Source of the DNA: Saprospiraceae bacterium
GTDB taxonomy: Bacteria; Bacteroidota; Bacteroidia; Chitinophagales; Saprospiraceae
Direction: 5' to 3'
NCBI GenBank assembly: GCA_026993525.1
Contig: JALWSS010000019.1
Location: forward strand, 11,096 to 75,095
DNA length: 64,000 nucleotides
The notes under the pieces were generated by a model. The model had not been told where the DNA came from. It did not search any database and saw nothing but the letters and a program-made list of their open reading frames with translations. Shown here in pieces: positions 28,056 to 37,747 of the stretch. How positions within the stretch are numbered: position 1 is the first letter of the stretch; each line of letters begins with the position of its first letter. The translations under genes were made by a program, and so were the position numbers.

Positions 28056-29117
28056 ATGCGCATCAGCAAAAACACATGGATCATTCTGGGGGTATTGGCG
28101 GTGGCTTTGCGGCTGCTCCTCTCGCCCCAACAACTCGAGCAATGGTACAGCAGGGGCCTGTACGTGGGTGTCCGGGCCTTGTTCAGTGCGCTTACGGGTT
28201 GGGTGCCTTTTGCCGGCGTTTATTTGCTGTTTGCGGGGGCGCTGGTTTGGTTGGTTTTGCGCCTTCGCAGGCTTTCCTTCGGTAAACTGAAAAGCGGGAG
28301 ATGGTGGCTGGCAAAGGGGCATTCACTTTTAGCGTTTGCAGGCGCTGTTGTATTCTTCTTTTTGGTTTTATGGGGCTTCAATTACGGCCGTTTACCGCTG
28401 GAACAGCAAATAGGTCTGGAGCCGGAACCTCTCAGTTTTGAGGAATTGAAATCAGAAATGGAACGGGCCACCACCGAGGTAATTCAGGCAAGGAAATCTC
28501 TGGTTGGAAACGATACCAACGTCATTCAGCAGAAGTACGAAGCAGACGAACTGGAACCCATGCTGGCCCGGCAACTGGCTGTGCAGCTCCAGTCTATGGG
28601 CATTCCCGCCTTTGCGAACATCCACGCCCGCCGGCTGTACCCGAAGGGCATTCTTCTGAGAATTTCCACTGCCGGAGTGTACATCCCTTTTACCGGCGAA
28701 GGGCATGTGGACCCGGGGCTGCACCACCTGCAACTGCCGTTTGTGATGGTGCACGAAATGAGCCACGGACAGGGCTTCGGAGGGGAAGGCACCTGCAATT
28801 TCCTTGCTTATCTGACCTGCCGGAGCGCTGCCGATCCCTACCTGCGCTACATCGGCCTGCTTTATTACTGGCGCTATGTGGCTGCTGATTACCGGGCTTT
28901 TGACCCTCAGGGATTCAAAGAACTACGGGATAATTTACCCGAAGGGATGAAAAATGACCTCAGGGCTATTCGCCGGGCCATTGACCGGTATCCCGATATT
29001 TTTCCGGCAATGAGGGATGCGGCTTACACGGCTTACCTCCACGCCCAGGGCATCCACGATGGGCTGAAAAATTACGACCGCGTGATCATGCTGGTACACG
29101 CATGGAGGAAGAATTGA
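28056..29117 (+). CDS. Membrane zinc-metallopeptidase-like protein (DUF3810-like)
   Basis: N-terminal TM segments and an HExxH motif in FVMVHEMSHGQGF. ATG 28056 is preferred over the TTG at 28020. The stop TGA lies at the first unit of the octamer array. Confidence 0.7.
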   Translation: MRISKNTWIILGVLAVALRLLLSPQQLEQWYSRGLYVGVRALFSALTGWVPFAGVYLLFAGALVWLVLRLRRLSFGKLKSGRWWLAKGHSLLAFAGAVVFFFLVLWGFNYGRLPLEQQIGLEPEPLSFEELKSEMERATTEVIQARKSLVGNDTNVIQQKYEADELEPMLARQLAVQLQSMGIPAFANIHARRLYPKGILLRISTAGVYIPFTGEGHVDPGLHHLQLPFVMVHEMSHGQGFGGEGTCNFLAYLTCRSAADPYLRYIGLLYYWRYVAADYRAFDPQGFKELRDNLPEGMKNDLRAIRRAIDRYPDIFPAMRDAAYTAYLHAQGIHDGLKNYDRVIMLVHAWRKN

Positions 29118-29274
29118 GGAACTGAAGATTTGAGGATTTGAGGATTTGAGGAACTGAGGAATTGAGCCTGTCCGGGCCGTCTGGCCGCCGGACAGGCTGG
29201 CGTCCTGTCTAGCCGACAGGCAGGCAGGCCAGACGGGGAACTGAGGAATTGAGGAACTGAGGAACTGAGGAATG
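29116..29274. repeat. Octamer arrays GAGGAA(C/T)T / GAGGATTT (29116-29166 and 29237-29274) flanking a GC-rich multi-hairpin block
   Basis: Read directly. The central block 29167-29236 contains CCTGTCCGG...CCGGACAGG and GCCGTCTGGCC...GGCCAGACGG pairings. Related sequence occurs at 57100-57130 and 57290-57335. Confidence 0.85.
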
Positions 29275-29528
29275 AGTCCACTGCAAAAACCCCAAATTCA
29301 TTAATTCCGACGGAAATTTGAATGCTCACATGCCGGACGGAGTCCGGCTGGATGAGGCACCGGACATCCCGAGTCCATCTCGGGAGGCGCCAGCAGTGAC
29401 GCTGGTTCCGTCCCGAAATTTCTTCGGGATGTCCGGGACCATATCTTGTCGGACTCTGTCCGACATTTTTCCAGAAGGAATAACCTCTTTTGACGAAAAT
29501 ACCACTTTTTGCAGTGCACTCATTCCTC
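29267..29528. mobile_element. MITE-like palindromic element with 23-bp terminal inverted repeats
   Basis: Left end GAGGAATGAGTCCACTGCAAAAA (29267-29289). Right end TTTTTGCAGTGCACTCATTCCTC (29506-29528), 22/23 complementary. The interior consists of CCGGAC/GTCCGG- and CCCGA/TCGGG-type hairpins. No ORF. Confidence 0.65.
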
Positions 29529-29617
29529 GATTCCTCGATTCCTCGATTCCTCGATTCCTCGATTCTTCGATTCTTCGATTCCTCGATTCCTCGATTCCTC
29601 GATTCTTCGATTCTTCA
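29522..29617. repeat. Octamer array ATTC(C/T)TCG, 12 units
   Basis: Read directly. It is the inverse orientation of the arrays at 29116-29274. The last unit ATTCTTCA contains the recX stop codon (29615-29617). Confidence 0.95.
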
Positions 29618-30091
29618 TTCCTCCTCAATCAATTTCTTCCCTTCGGTAAAAACCAGTTCCGGTTCGTAGCCCCTTCTGAGGGCAGCATCTATGGCTTTTT
29701 TGCGGCGTTCGTATTTGTTGCCGGAGGCGAGTGAAAAGCGTTTTTTCAGAACCTTGTGGAGTGTGAGGTGGTATTCTTCTTCGTCAATTTCCGTGAGGGC
29801 TTTGCGGATGCAGTAATCGCTGATGTTGCGTTTTTTCAGTTCCTGAACAATTCGTTTTCGTCCCCATTGCTTCATCCGGAATTTGCCCCGTGCAAAGCTT
29901 CTGGCAAATCGCTCCTCATCCAGAAATTTTTCTTCGATCAACTGCACCATGATGTCCTCCAGGTCCATTCCGTAGATGCCGAGAGAGAGGAGCTTGCTGC
30001 GCACCTCCTGGTGGCAACGATCCTGATAGGCACAGTAGCGCTGCAAGGCAGCCAGGGCCTCTTCTTTGGAATAGTACTTTTTGGGCTCCAT
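29615..30091 (-). CDS. recX: Recombination regulator RecX
   Basis: 158 aa with RecX-type helical repeats (ALAALQRYCAYQDRCHQEVRSKL...; FLDEERFARSFARGKFRMKQWGRKRIVQELKKRNIS). Confidence 0.8.
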   Translation of the reverse strand: MEPKKYYSKEEALAALQRYCAYQDRCHQEVRSKLLSLGIYGMDLEDIMVQLIEEKFLDEERFARSFARGKFRMKQWGRKRIVQELKKRNISDYCIRKALTEIDEEEYHLTLHKVLKKRFSLASGNKYERRKKAIDAALRRGYEPELVFTEGKKLIEEE

Positions 30092-30117
30092 TTGCAGAGT
30101 TCAGAAAAGTGGCCGGC

Positions 30118-32169
30118 TCAACTTTGGTCCAGCTTTTTCACCATGGTGAGGATGGTGGCCAGTGCTACGGTTTCACCGGTTTCGTCGTAAACATCCACCA
30201 GGTATTTCACGATGCCTTTGGCAATGTCGTCCTCGCTTTTCTTTTCCTGGTCTATCTTTTCCCTGACCGTGAGTTTGACGCCGATGGTCATGCCCGGGTA
30301 AACGGGTTTGGTGAAGCGGCATTCGTCAATGCCGTAGTTGAGCAGTACGGGGCCTTTGCGGGGCTCTACAAAGAGGCCGGCTGCTTTGGATAGGATGTAA
30401 TATCCGTGTGCCACGCGCCGCTCAAAGATGGTGCCCTCGAGAGAGGTTTCATCCACGTGGGCATAAAAGTGATCGCCGCTGATGTTGGCAAAGTTGACGA
30501 TGTCTGCTTCGGTAACGGTGTGTTTGGAGGTGACCACGGTCTCACCGATTTCCAACTCCTCAAAATGTTTTCTGAAAACATGCACGGGCTTTTCAATCTG
30601 GCGGGCACCCTGTTGGTATTGTTGGGTCACAGCGGTGATGAAGGTGGGGTGTCCTTGCAGGGCCGTGGTTTGCAGGTAAAATCTGACACTTCTGAGCCCA
30701 CCCAGTTCCTGTCCGCCGCCGGCACGCCCGGGGCCGCCGTGCATCAGGTTGGGCAGCGGTGAGCCGTGACCGGTATTTTCGCTTGCGCAATCCTCGTTCA
30801 GGATCAGAATGCGCCCGTGGTAGGCGGCGGCACCCAGCACATAGTCCCTGGCGGTGTTGCCGTCTTTCGTCACAATGGTGCTGACAAGTGAACCCTTTCC
30901 GAGCCGGGTCAATTCAATGGCCTCATCGAGGGTTTTGTAGGGCATGATGGTACTCACCGGGCCAAATGCCTCAACTTCGTGGCTGATCACGTTGCGGAAG
31001 GGGTTGTCATTGCGGAACAGGAGTGGCGACATAAAAGCCCCTTTGCTGGCATCTGCTCCGGTCACTTCCACGTATTCCGGGTTGCCGTACACCAGGGTGC
31101 TGCCTTTGGCCAGTTCTTCTACCCTGGCCCTGACTTCTTCCACCTGCACCCTGGCCACCAGGCTGCCCATGCGGACGCCCTCCACCTGCGGGTCGCCGAT
31201 GACGGTTTTTGCCAGCCGGGCACTCAAGGCCGATTGCACCTCCTCCACCAGGTTTTCCGGAACGATGATGCGGCGCACTGCGGTGCATTTCTGTCCGGCT
31301 TTGGTGACCATCTCACGGTGCACCTCTTTGATGAAAATGCCAAACTCCGGTGTGTCGGGTGTGGCATCCGGCGCCAGTACTGCAGCGTTCAGGCTATCGG
31401 CCTCCATGTTGAAAGGCACGGCGTTTTCGATGATCCCCGGGTGGGCTTTCAACATGCGACCGGTGCTGGCTGAGCCGGTAAAGGTGACTACATCCTGCCC
31501 GGTGATGGGGTCCAGGATGCCGTCTCCCCGTCCGCAAACGAGTTGCAGGGCACCCTCCGGAATGATGCCCGAAGCAACGATGTCTTGCACCATGGCCTGG
31601 GTCAGAAAGCTGGTCAGTTCAGAAGGTTTCACGATGGCAGGCATACCACCCAGCCAGGTGGGAGCAAGTTTTTCCAGCATGCCCCAGATGGGGAAGTTGA
31701 AAGCGTTGATATGGATGGCCACCCCCAGCCGGGGTGTCATAATGTGGTGGCCGATGAAGGTGCCTTCTTTGGAGGATTTTATGGCTTCGCCATCGATGTA
31801 AAACGGCTGGCTGCCCATGCGGCGCCGTTGGCTGGCAAAGGCAAACAAGGTTCCGATGCCGCCTTCAATATCCACCCAACTGTCAGCTTTTGTGGCACCG
31901 GTGCGGTAGCTCAGGGGGTAATAGGATTTGCGTCGTTCGTGCAGGTACAGGGCCAGTTGTTTGAGCATGAGGCCCCGCTCGTAAAAAGTCATTTTCCGAA
32001 GGGCAGGCCCCCCCACCCGGCGGGCATAGTCCATCATGGTGGCAAAATCGAGTCCTTCACTGCCGGCGGTGCAGATCACTTCTCCGGTGATGGCGTCGTA
32101 CTGGGGTTCTCCCGGGCCCTTGTGGGGCACCCATTTGCCGAGGGCGTAGTTGGTGAGCTTCTCTGGCAT
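30118..32169 (-). CDS. paaZ: Bifunctional aldehyde dehydrogenase / MaoC-type hydratase, PaaZ-like
   Basis: 683 aa. The N-terminal part is close to E. coli PaaZ as I recall it (TGATKADSWVDIEGGIGTLF, VAIHINAFNFPIWGMLEKLAPTWLGGMPAIVKP). The C-terminal part has a MaoC hot-dog domain. Confidence 0.85.
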   Translation of the reverse strand: MPEKLTNYALGKWVPHKGPGEPQYDAITGEVICTAGSEGLDFATMMDYARRVGGPALRKMTFYERGLMLKQLALYLHERRKSYYPLSYRTGATKADSWVDIEGGIGTLFAFASQRRRMGSQPFYIDGEAIKSSKEGTFIGHHIMTPRLGVAIHINAFNFPIWGMLEKLAPTWLGGMPAIVKPSELTSFLTQAMVQDIVASGIIPEGALQLVCGRGDGILDPITGQDVVTFTGSASTGRMLKAHPGIIENAVPFNMEADSLNAAVLAPDATPDTPEFGIFIKEVHREMVTKAGQKCTAVRRIIVPENLVEEVQSALSARLAKTVIGDPQVEGVRMGSLVARVQVEEVRARVEELAKGSTLVYGNPEYVEVTGADASKGAFMSPLLFRNDNPFRNVISHEVEAFGPVSTIMPYKTLDEAIELTRLGKGSLVSTIVTKDGNTARDYVLGAAAYHGRILILNEDCASENTGHGSPLPNLMHGGPGRAGGGQELGGLRSVRFYLQTTALQGHPTFITAVTQQYQQGARQIEKPVHVFRKHFEELEIGETVVTSKHTVTEADIVNFANISGDHFYAHVDETSLEGTIFERRVAHGYYILSKAAGLFVEPRKGPVLLNYGIDECRFTKPVYPGMTIGVKLTVREKIDQEKKSEDDIAKGIVKYLVDVYDETGETVALATILTMVKKLDQS

Positions 32170-32205
32170 TGTTTCAGTTTTATCTTGGTTGAGTTTTGTA
32201 AACTA

Positions 32206-32721
32206 TCAATCCAGGGTTCCGGGGTGTTTCTTTTTAATGTAGTTGATACCGGCACCGTACACCCAGCCTTCGAGGCCTTTTTTGGTGCGCACTTTCAGGT
32301 AGGGTTCGTCCACCACCATGCGGCCGAGATTCACCTCGAAGGTGCTGTCGGTCATTTCATCGAGGAAATACACCTGGTCGAAAAGGTTGAGTTCTGCCAG
32401 CACCTCGCTTTTTAACCCTGGTTCGCTGCGCAACTTCAGTTTGTCTATTACGACGAAAAGCCGGGCGTAGTCCTCGTTTGGATCGGCCAGCAGGTTTTGT
32501 TTGGGTTGGGTGTTGGCAGGCCCGGGTTTAGCGACCTGCTTTGCGGCTTGTTCCTGATTTTGTTTTTCTAACATTGCCAGGCTGTCCTGAGCGGCTTCGG
32601 CGGCTCTTTTAGCCTGAAGTTCCGCTTTGGTGGAGTTGCATTTTGACACTGCCCAAATGAGGAAAAACAGGGCCAACCCTGCAATCAGGATGACTTCAAT
32701 TTTTGATCGGAAACCTTTCAT
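32206..32721 (-). CDS. Membrane-anchored SH3-like domain protein
   Basis: N-terminal TM (VILIAGLALFFLIWAV) and a charged linker. The C-terminal LKLRSEPGLKSEVLAELNLFDQVYFLDE... resembles bacterial SH3. Confidence 0.55.
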   Translation of the reverse strand: MKGFRSKIEVILIAGLALFFLIWAVSKCNSTKAELQAKRAAEAAQDSLAMLEKQNQEQAAKQVAKPGPANTQPKQNLLADPNEDYARLFVVIDKLKLRSEPGLKSEVLAELNLFDQVYFLDEMTDSTFEVNLGRMVVDEPYLKVRTKKGLEGWVYGAGINYIKKKHPGTLD

Positions 32722-32820
32722 CTCTTTGAGTTATGTTTGCAATGGCCGAAAAGGTCCGGGCAAAGGAAAGTCTTTCCTGACATTTCGCCCCGGCCTCTTG
32801 CTTGCCGGACTCCAAAAACT

Positions 32821-33936
32821 ATGAGAAAAACAAAGTTAGTGAAAGACCTGTTTTACAAAATTGCGCTCACCAAAATCCCGCTCGTCGGAGCTGTAACTGC
32901 CAAAGTACTCGTCAGCTATTGCGGGGGTGTCAGGGAGGTTTTCGAAGCCACGGAAAAGGAACTCAAAAAAATACCCGGCATTGGCGAACAGGTTGCCAAA
33001 CAGGTGCGCCGGGAGGAGCCCCTGGCGGAAGCCGAAAGGGAATTGGCATTTGTGGAAGAAAACGGCCTGCAGGTTTTGTTCTACCTCGACGCCGAATATC
33101 CCCAGCGGCTCAAACCCCTTGCCGATGCACCCATCCTGCTTTATTACAAAGGCAATGCAAACCTCAATCGCCGCAAAGTGCTGGGCGTCATTGGCACCCG
33201 CACCCCCTCGCCGCAAGGGGTGGGCTTTTGCGAAGAATTCATAAAAGGTCTGGCGCCTTATGAGCCACTCATCGTCAGCGGTCTTGCCTATGGCATTGAT
33301 ATAACTGCCCACCGGGCAAGCCTCAGAGAAGGGCTGGAAACCGTTGCCGTGCTTGGGCATGGGTTGCAACAGGTTTACCCTGCCCAGCACAGGTCCATCG
33401 CCCTGAAAATGATCAGACAGGGGGGACTGCTCACCGAGTTCACCAGCCAGGACGGGCCCGCCAAAGAGCACTTCCCTATGCGCAACCGAATCGTGGCAGG
33501 CATGTGCGATGGGATCATCGTCGTTGAAACAGCCCTCAGGGGAGGCTCCATCATCACCGCCAAACAGGCCAACGGCTACGGCAGGGATGTGTTTGCCGTG
33601 CCGGGAAGGGTAAAAGACAAATTCTCGCAGGGTTGCAACATGATGATCAAAAAATCCTGGGCACACCTGCTTGAAAGTGCCGACGATGTGGCAAGGGTAT
33701 TTGGCTGGAACCTCAAAGAAGGCGCCGGCGACAACGGCCAGCAAAAACTCTTCGAGGAACTCACCGAACCAGAAAAGAAAGTCATTGACCTGATACACGA
33801 AGCCGAGGAAATCGGTATAGATCAGTTGAGCTATCGCTCCAGCATCGGCCCCTCGGAGCTGGCCTCGTTGCTGCTCGACCTGGAATTCAAAGGGCTGGTA
33901 CGATCCCTGCCGGGAAAACGCTACGTACTCGCCTGA
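32821..33936 (+). CDS. dprA: DNA-processing protein DprA
   Basis: Start at ATG 32821. DprA core GLAYGIDITAHRA..., PMRNRIVAGMCDGIIVVE..., GGSIITAKQANGYGRDVFAVPG. Confidence 0.9.
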   Translation: MRKTKLVKDLFYKIALTKIPLVGAVTAKVLVSYCGGVREVFEATEKELKKIPGIGEQVAKQVRREEPLAEAERELAFVEENGLQVLFYLDAEYPQRLKPLADAPILLYYKGNANLNRRKVLGVIGTRTPSPQGVGFCEEFIKGLAPYEPLIVSGLAYGIDITAHRASLREGLETVAVLGHGLQQVYPAQHRSIALKMIRQGGLLTEFTSQDGPAKEHFPMRNRIVAGMCDGIIVVETALRGGSIITAKQANGYGRDVFAVPGRVKDKFSQGCNMMIKKSWAHLLESADDVARVFGWNLKEGAGDNGQQKLFEELTEPEKKVIDLIHEAEEIGIDQLSYRSSIGPSELASLLLDLEFKGLVRSLPGKRYVLA

Positions 33937-33947
33937 ACAAAACTCTT

Positions 33948-33974
33948 GAGTCCACCACAAAAAGTGGTATTTCC
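33948..33974 (+). repeat. Fragment resembling the MITE-like element terminus
   Basis: GAGTCCACCACAAAAAGTGGTATTTCC compared with the reverse complement of 29490-29520, GAGTGCACTGCAAAAAGTGGTATTTTC. Confidence 0.5.
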
Positions 33975-34023
33975 AATCCCGGGACGGGATCGGGACGAAA
34001 AACCGGCAAATGGTTTTTTTTAA

Positions 34024-34057
34024 ACGTTTACTAAACCTTTGGAGGTTTAGCAAACGT
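34024..34057. repeat. Hairpin family H3, second copy
   Basis: ACGTTTACTAAACC-TTTGGA-GGTTTAGCAAACGT, with one mismatch. Confidence 0.8.
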
Positions 34058-34109
34058 GGGTTAAACACTTCCATTTGCTAATCAGGTCTTCCTTCGGTAA
34101 ACTTGCCGG

Positions 34110-35714
34110 ATGCAAACGGATTACGACTACATCGTTGTGGGCAGCGGTTTCGGAGGCTCGGTCAGCGCTTTGCGCCTGTCTGAAAAGGGCTACAAAGTTC
34201 TCGTACTGGAAAAGGGCAGGTGGTACCGGTCAGAAGATTTTCCGAAGACAAACTGGAACCTGCGCAAGTGGCTCTGGGTGCCTGCCCTGCGCTTCTTCGG
34301 AATCATGAAGATGACCTTTTTCAAGCACGTCACCATTCTTTCCGGAACGGGAGTGGGCGGTGGCTCCCTGGTTTATGCCAACACCCTTCCACGGCCAAAA
34401 TCAGCCTTCTTCAAGACCGGCAGTTGGAGCGGGCTCGCAGACTGGGAGTCAGAGTTGGAACCGTATTACCAAACCGCCGAACGGATGTTGGGAGCAGCGG
34501 AAAATCCACACCCCGGGCCTGCCGATGATGCACTGGAAAAGCTGGCGGCTCAATTGGATCGCAGCAGCGCATACTCCCGTACGCGTGTTGGGGTTTTCTT
34601 CGGCCCTCCAGGCCAAACACTGGACGACCCCTACTTTGGGGGCAAAGGCCCGCAACGAGCGGGCTGTATTTTCTGTGGGGCTTGTATGACGGGGTGCCGC
34701 CACAACGCCAAAAACTCGCTGGACAAGAATTACCTCCACCTGGCCATGCACCACGGCGCCCGGATCAAAGCCGAACAGGAAGTGTTTGATGTGCGCCCGC
34801 TGGACGGAGCTGAAGGGGCCACGGGTTATGAAGTATATTTCAGGAAGAGCACAGCCTGGCTTTTTCCGAAGAGAAACAGGCTGACCTGCAGGGGCATCGT
34901 CTTCGCCGGTGGGGTGTTGGGCACAGTGCCGCTTCTCCTTCGCCTGCGGCAACGTTCACTCCCACGGCTCTCACCAAAGCTGGGGCACGAGGTAAGAACC
35001 AACAACGAAAGCTTGGTGCAGGTCATCAGTCTCAATAGCAAGGTGGACTATACCGGGGGCGTCGCCATTGGCTCCATCCTCCAGACGGATGAGCACAGCC
35101 ACCTGGAGCCCGTCCGCTATGGCAAAGGCTCCGGCTTCTGGCGTTTCAGCTTGCTGCCACTGGTCTCCGGTGGTGGGTTTGGGCAACGGATGAAGGCCTT
35201 GTTCCGGATTCTCGCAAAAGATGCCATCCGGATTGTTCGGGCCCTCACAGTACACCACTGGGCCCGCCAAACACCCATCCTCCTCTTCATGCAGCACCTC
35301 GACAGCACCCTCCAGCTTAGCCTCAACAAACTTGGCAGGGTAAACACCAAACCTGGCGAAGGACCTTCCCCCACACCCTTCATCCCACAGGCTACCGGTT
35401 TGGCAAAGCGCTATGCTTCCATCGTGAAAGGCTATCCCATGTCTTTCTTTCTGGAACCACTGGCCGGGATATCATCCACTGCCCACATTCTCGGCGGCGC
35501 AGTCATGGGCAACTCTCCCAGTGCCGGCGTCATTGACAAAGACAACCGGGTATTCGGGTATCAAAACATGTTCATCTGTGACGGATCCATGATCTCTGCC
35601 AATCCCGGAGTGAACCCTTCCCTGACCATTACCGCCATCAGTGAAAGGGCTATGGCGCAGGTGGAGGGTGCTGAAGATGAAGTTTGGGGGGATTCTTTGC
35701 AAGATTTGGGATGA
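34110..35714 (+). CDS. GMC-family FAD-dependent oxidoreductase (cholesterol-oxidase-like)
   Basis: FAD fingerprint DYIVVGSGFGGSVSALRLSEKGYKVLVLEKG. C-terminal GMC region HILGGAVMG...DGSMISANPGVNPSLTITAISERA. Confidence 0.85.
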   Translation: MQTDYDYIVVGSGFGGSVSALRLSEKGYKVLVLEKGRWYRSEDFPKTNWNLRKWLWVPALRFFGIMKMTFFKHVTILSGTGVGGGSLVYANTLPRPKSAFFKTGSWSGLADWESELEPYYQTAERMLGAAENPHPGPADDALEKLAAQLDRSSAYSRTRVGVFFGPPGQTLDDPYFGGKGPQRAGCIFCGACMTGCRHNAKNSLDKNYLHLAMHHGARIKAEQEVFDVRPLDGAEGATGYEVYFRKSTAWLFPKRNRLTCRGIVFAGGVLGTVPLLLRLRQRSLPRLSPKLGHEVRTNNESLVQVISLNSKVDYTGGVAIGSILQTDEHSHLEPVRYGKGSGFWRFSLLPLVSGGGFGQRMKALFRILAKDAIRIVRALTVHHWARQTPILLFMQHLDSTLQLSLNKLGRVNTKPGEGPSPTPFIPQATGLAKRYASIVKGYPMSFFLEPLAGISSTAHILGGAVMGNSPSAGVIDKDNRVFGYQNMFICDGSMISANPGVNPSLTITAISERAMAQVEGAEDEVWGDSLQDLG

Positions 35715-36008
35715 AATGAAATACTCTCAACTGCATCACCCAATCCGGTTAAGCTGTCCCGGCTTTAAAGAGGTTGAGGAGGTGATGTAAAACGTCAGGG
35801 CAATTTTTCTACTTTTGCTTTACGGTAAAACTATATAATATCGGAACTTCATTTCCGCTATTGTGTGCATTGTGAAGTGGTTCGGGAAGATTCCAGCCTC
35901 CCAATTCCATTTGGAACCGGAAGTACAGGGGCCCCGGAAACACGGTCTTGACCGGGAACGGGATGCCGCCCAATCCACTTTGTTTTTAGTGTAATTTACA
36001 ACCGGGAC

Positions 36009-37244
36009 ATGCAACTTTTCAAACTTAACAGGCATTGGGAGCCAGGCTACAGGTATCCTTTTGAGAAGAAAAGGGCAGCTTTTGAGTCATTAAAAGCGCA
36101 GTTGGGCAAAAAGCAAATTGTAGAACTTTCCGGACTTAGGAGAACCGGTAAAACAACCTTGTTTTTTCAACTGATCAACCACCTGCTGGATACGGGGACA
36201 GATCCTTTTAGCATTTTGTATTTTACCTTTGACGAAGACCACACCACGATTGACGATCTGCTGGCTGCATTTCAGAAACAAACCGGAAAGGAGTTAAAAA
36301 TGGACCGTTTGTTCATCTTTTTGGATGAAGTTCAAAAGTTGAACAACTTTCAGAATCAGATCAAAATTTATTACGACCTCTACCCCAACCTTAAATTTTT
36401 TCTTTCCGGCTCTACTTCTTTATTCATCAAAAAGAGAACGCAGGAAAGCCTTGCCGGCCGGTTGAAATCTATTTTTTTACCTCCACTGTCTTTTTCAGAA
36501 TATCTTTATTTCAAAGAAAAAGAAGCTATGCTCTCCCGTTTGGAAATGTACCAGACAGAAATAGAAATAGAATTTGAACTGTACTGGAATTGCCAGTTTA
36601 TTGAGACCATTGGCATGCCTCCATCTGACAGAAAAGAATATCTCTTGTCAATTCTTAAGAAAATGGTTTACGAAGATGTTCCTGTGGTCTTTTCAGTAGA
36701 AAATCCCAGCTTGCTATTGCGGCTGTTAAAAGTGACAGCCCAGCACCCCGGCATGCTCCTGCACTACCAGAATCTTGGAAATGACCTCGGCTTGTCAGCT
36801 AAAACAATCAGTAAATACGTCCACATTCTCAGTGAGAGTTTCTTGGTCAATATCTTGTTTAATTACTCCCCTAATCTGCTCACTTCAGAAAAGAAAATGA
36901 AGCGATTGTATTTGTCTTCTCCCTCTTTTATCGGAGTATTTGCCGATTCCGTTGAGAAAGGGAAAATTGCTGAAAATGTATATTTGACAAGTGCACAACC
37001 AAAGTTCTTTTGGCGCGATGTTTACAAACACGAGGTGGATTTCATCAATACGTCAACTGAGCCGCCTGTCCCTGTTGAGATTAAATACACAAGTTCTGTG
37101 AGAGACAGAGACTTCCAAAACCTTTTTCTTTTTTGTCGGAAATATTCTCTCCCCAAAGCCCAACTCTGTATGAAAAGATTTGACAGACAAGTTGTCACTT
37201 ACAAAGGGTTGGATGTTGAACTCGTCAGTATTTTCAAAGCTTGA
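36009..37244 (+). CDS. AAA+ ATPase with C-terminal PD-(D/E)xK-like domain (COG1373/DUF4143-type)
   Basis: Walker A GLRRTGKTTL and Walker B LFIFLDEVQ. The C-terminal KHEVDFIN...PVEIKY fits a D/ExK nuclease-fold motif. The gene is visibly AT-richer than its neighbours (not computed). Confidence 0.75.
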   Translation: MQLFKLNRHWEPGYRYPFEKKRAAFESLKAQLGKKQIVELSGLRRTGKTTLFFQLINHLLDTGTDPFSILYFTFDEDHTTIDDLLAAFQKQTGKELKMDRLFIFLDEVQKLNNFQNQIKIYYDLYPNLKFFLSGSTSLFIKKRTQESLAGRLKSIFLPPLSFSEYLYFKEKEAMLSRLEMYQTEIEIEFELYWNCQFIETIGMPPSDRKEYLLSILKKMVYEDVPVVFSVENPSLLLRLLKVTAQHPGMLLHYQNLGNDLGLSAKTISKYVHILSESFLVNILFNYSPNLLTSEKKMKRLYLSSPSFIGVFADSVEKGKIAENVYLTSAQPKFFWRDVYKHEVDFINTSTEPPVPVEIKYTSSVRDRDFQNLFLFCRKYSLPKAQLCMKRFDRQVVTYKGLDVELVSIFKA

Positions 37245-37307
37245 AGGGGGGGCGCAAAACGAAATGGATTGGGAGAAATCAATGACTTGTTCTGGAGCCC
37301 AAACTCG

Positions 37308-37651
37308 CCAAACCTGGTGAAGGACCTGCCCCCACACCCTTCATCCCACAGGCTACCGGTTTGGCAAAGCGCTATGCTTCCATCATGAAAGGCTATCCCA
37401 TGTCTTTCTTTCTGGAACCCCTGGCCGGGATATCGTCCACTGCCCACATTCCCGGTGGCGCCGTCATTGGCAACTCTCCCAGGGCCGGCGTCATTGACAA
37501 AGGCAACCGGGTGTTCGGTTATCAAAACATGTACATCTGTGACGGATCCATGATCTCTGCCAATCCCGGAGTGAACCCTTTCCTGACCATTACCGCCATC
37601 AGTGAAAGGGCTATGGCGCAGGTGGATGTAAGAGTGGCGTGTGGGAGATGA
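37308..37651 (+). pseudogene. Duplicated 3' fragment of the GMC oxidoreductase gene
   Basis: 37308-37626 aligns without gaps to 35347-35665 at a constant offset of 1961. I count 15 substitutions in 319 nt by hand. It lacks the first ~410 codons. Confidence 0.85.
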
Positions 37652-37747
37652 GCAAAACAGATGGTAAATTTGGGGTGGATGCTATTCCATAAAATTCTTC
37701 ATTAACAAGAAGGAACTCATGCGCAATGAAAAATAAAAGGCTTGATT

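Noticed and set aside
29318-29734. 138-aa and 100-aa ORFs spanning the octamer arrays (IPRFLDSS... / IEESRNRG... repeats)
   Set aside because: They are translations of 8-nt tandem repeats and hairpins. Both strands are open only because of the repeat composition.
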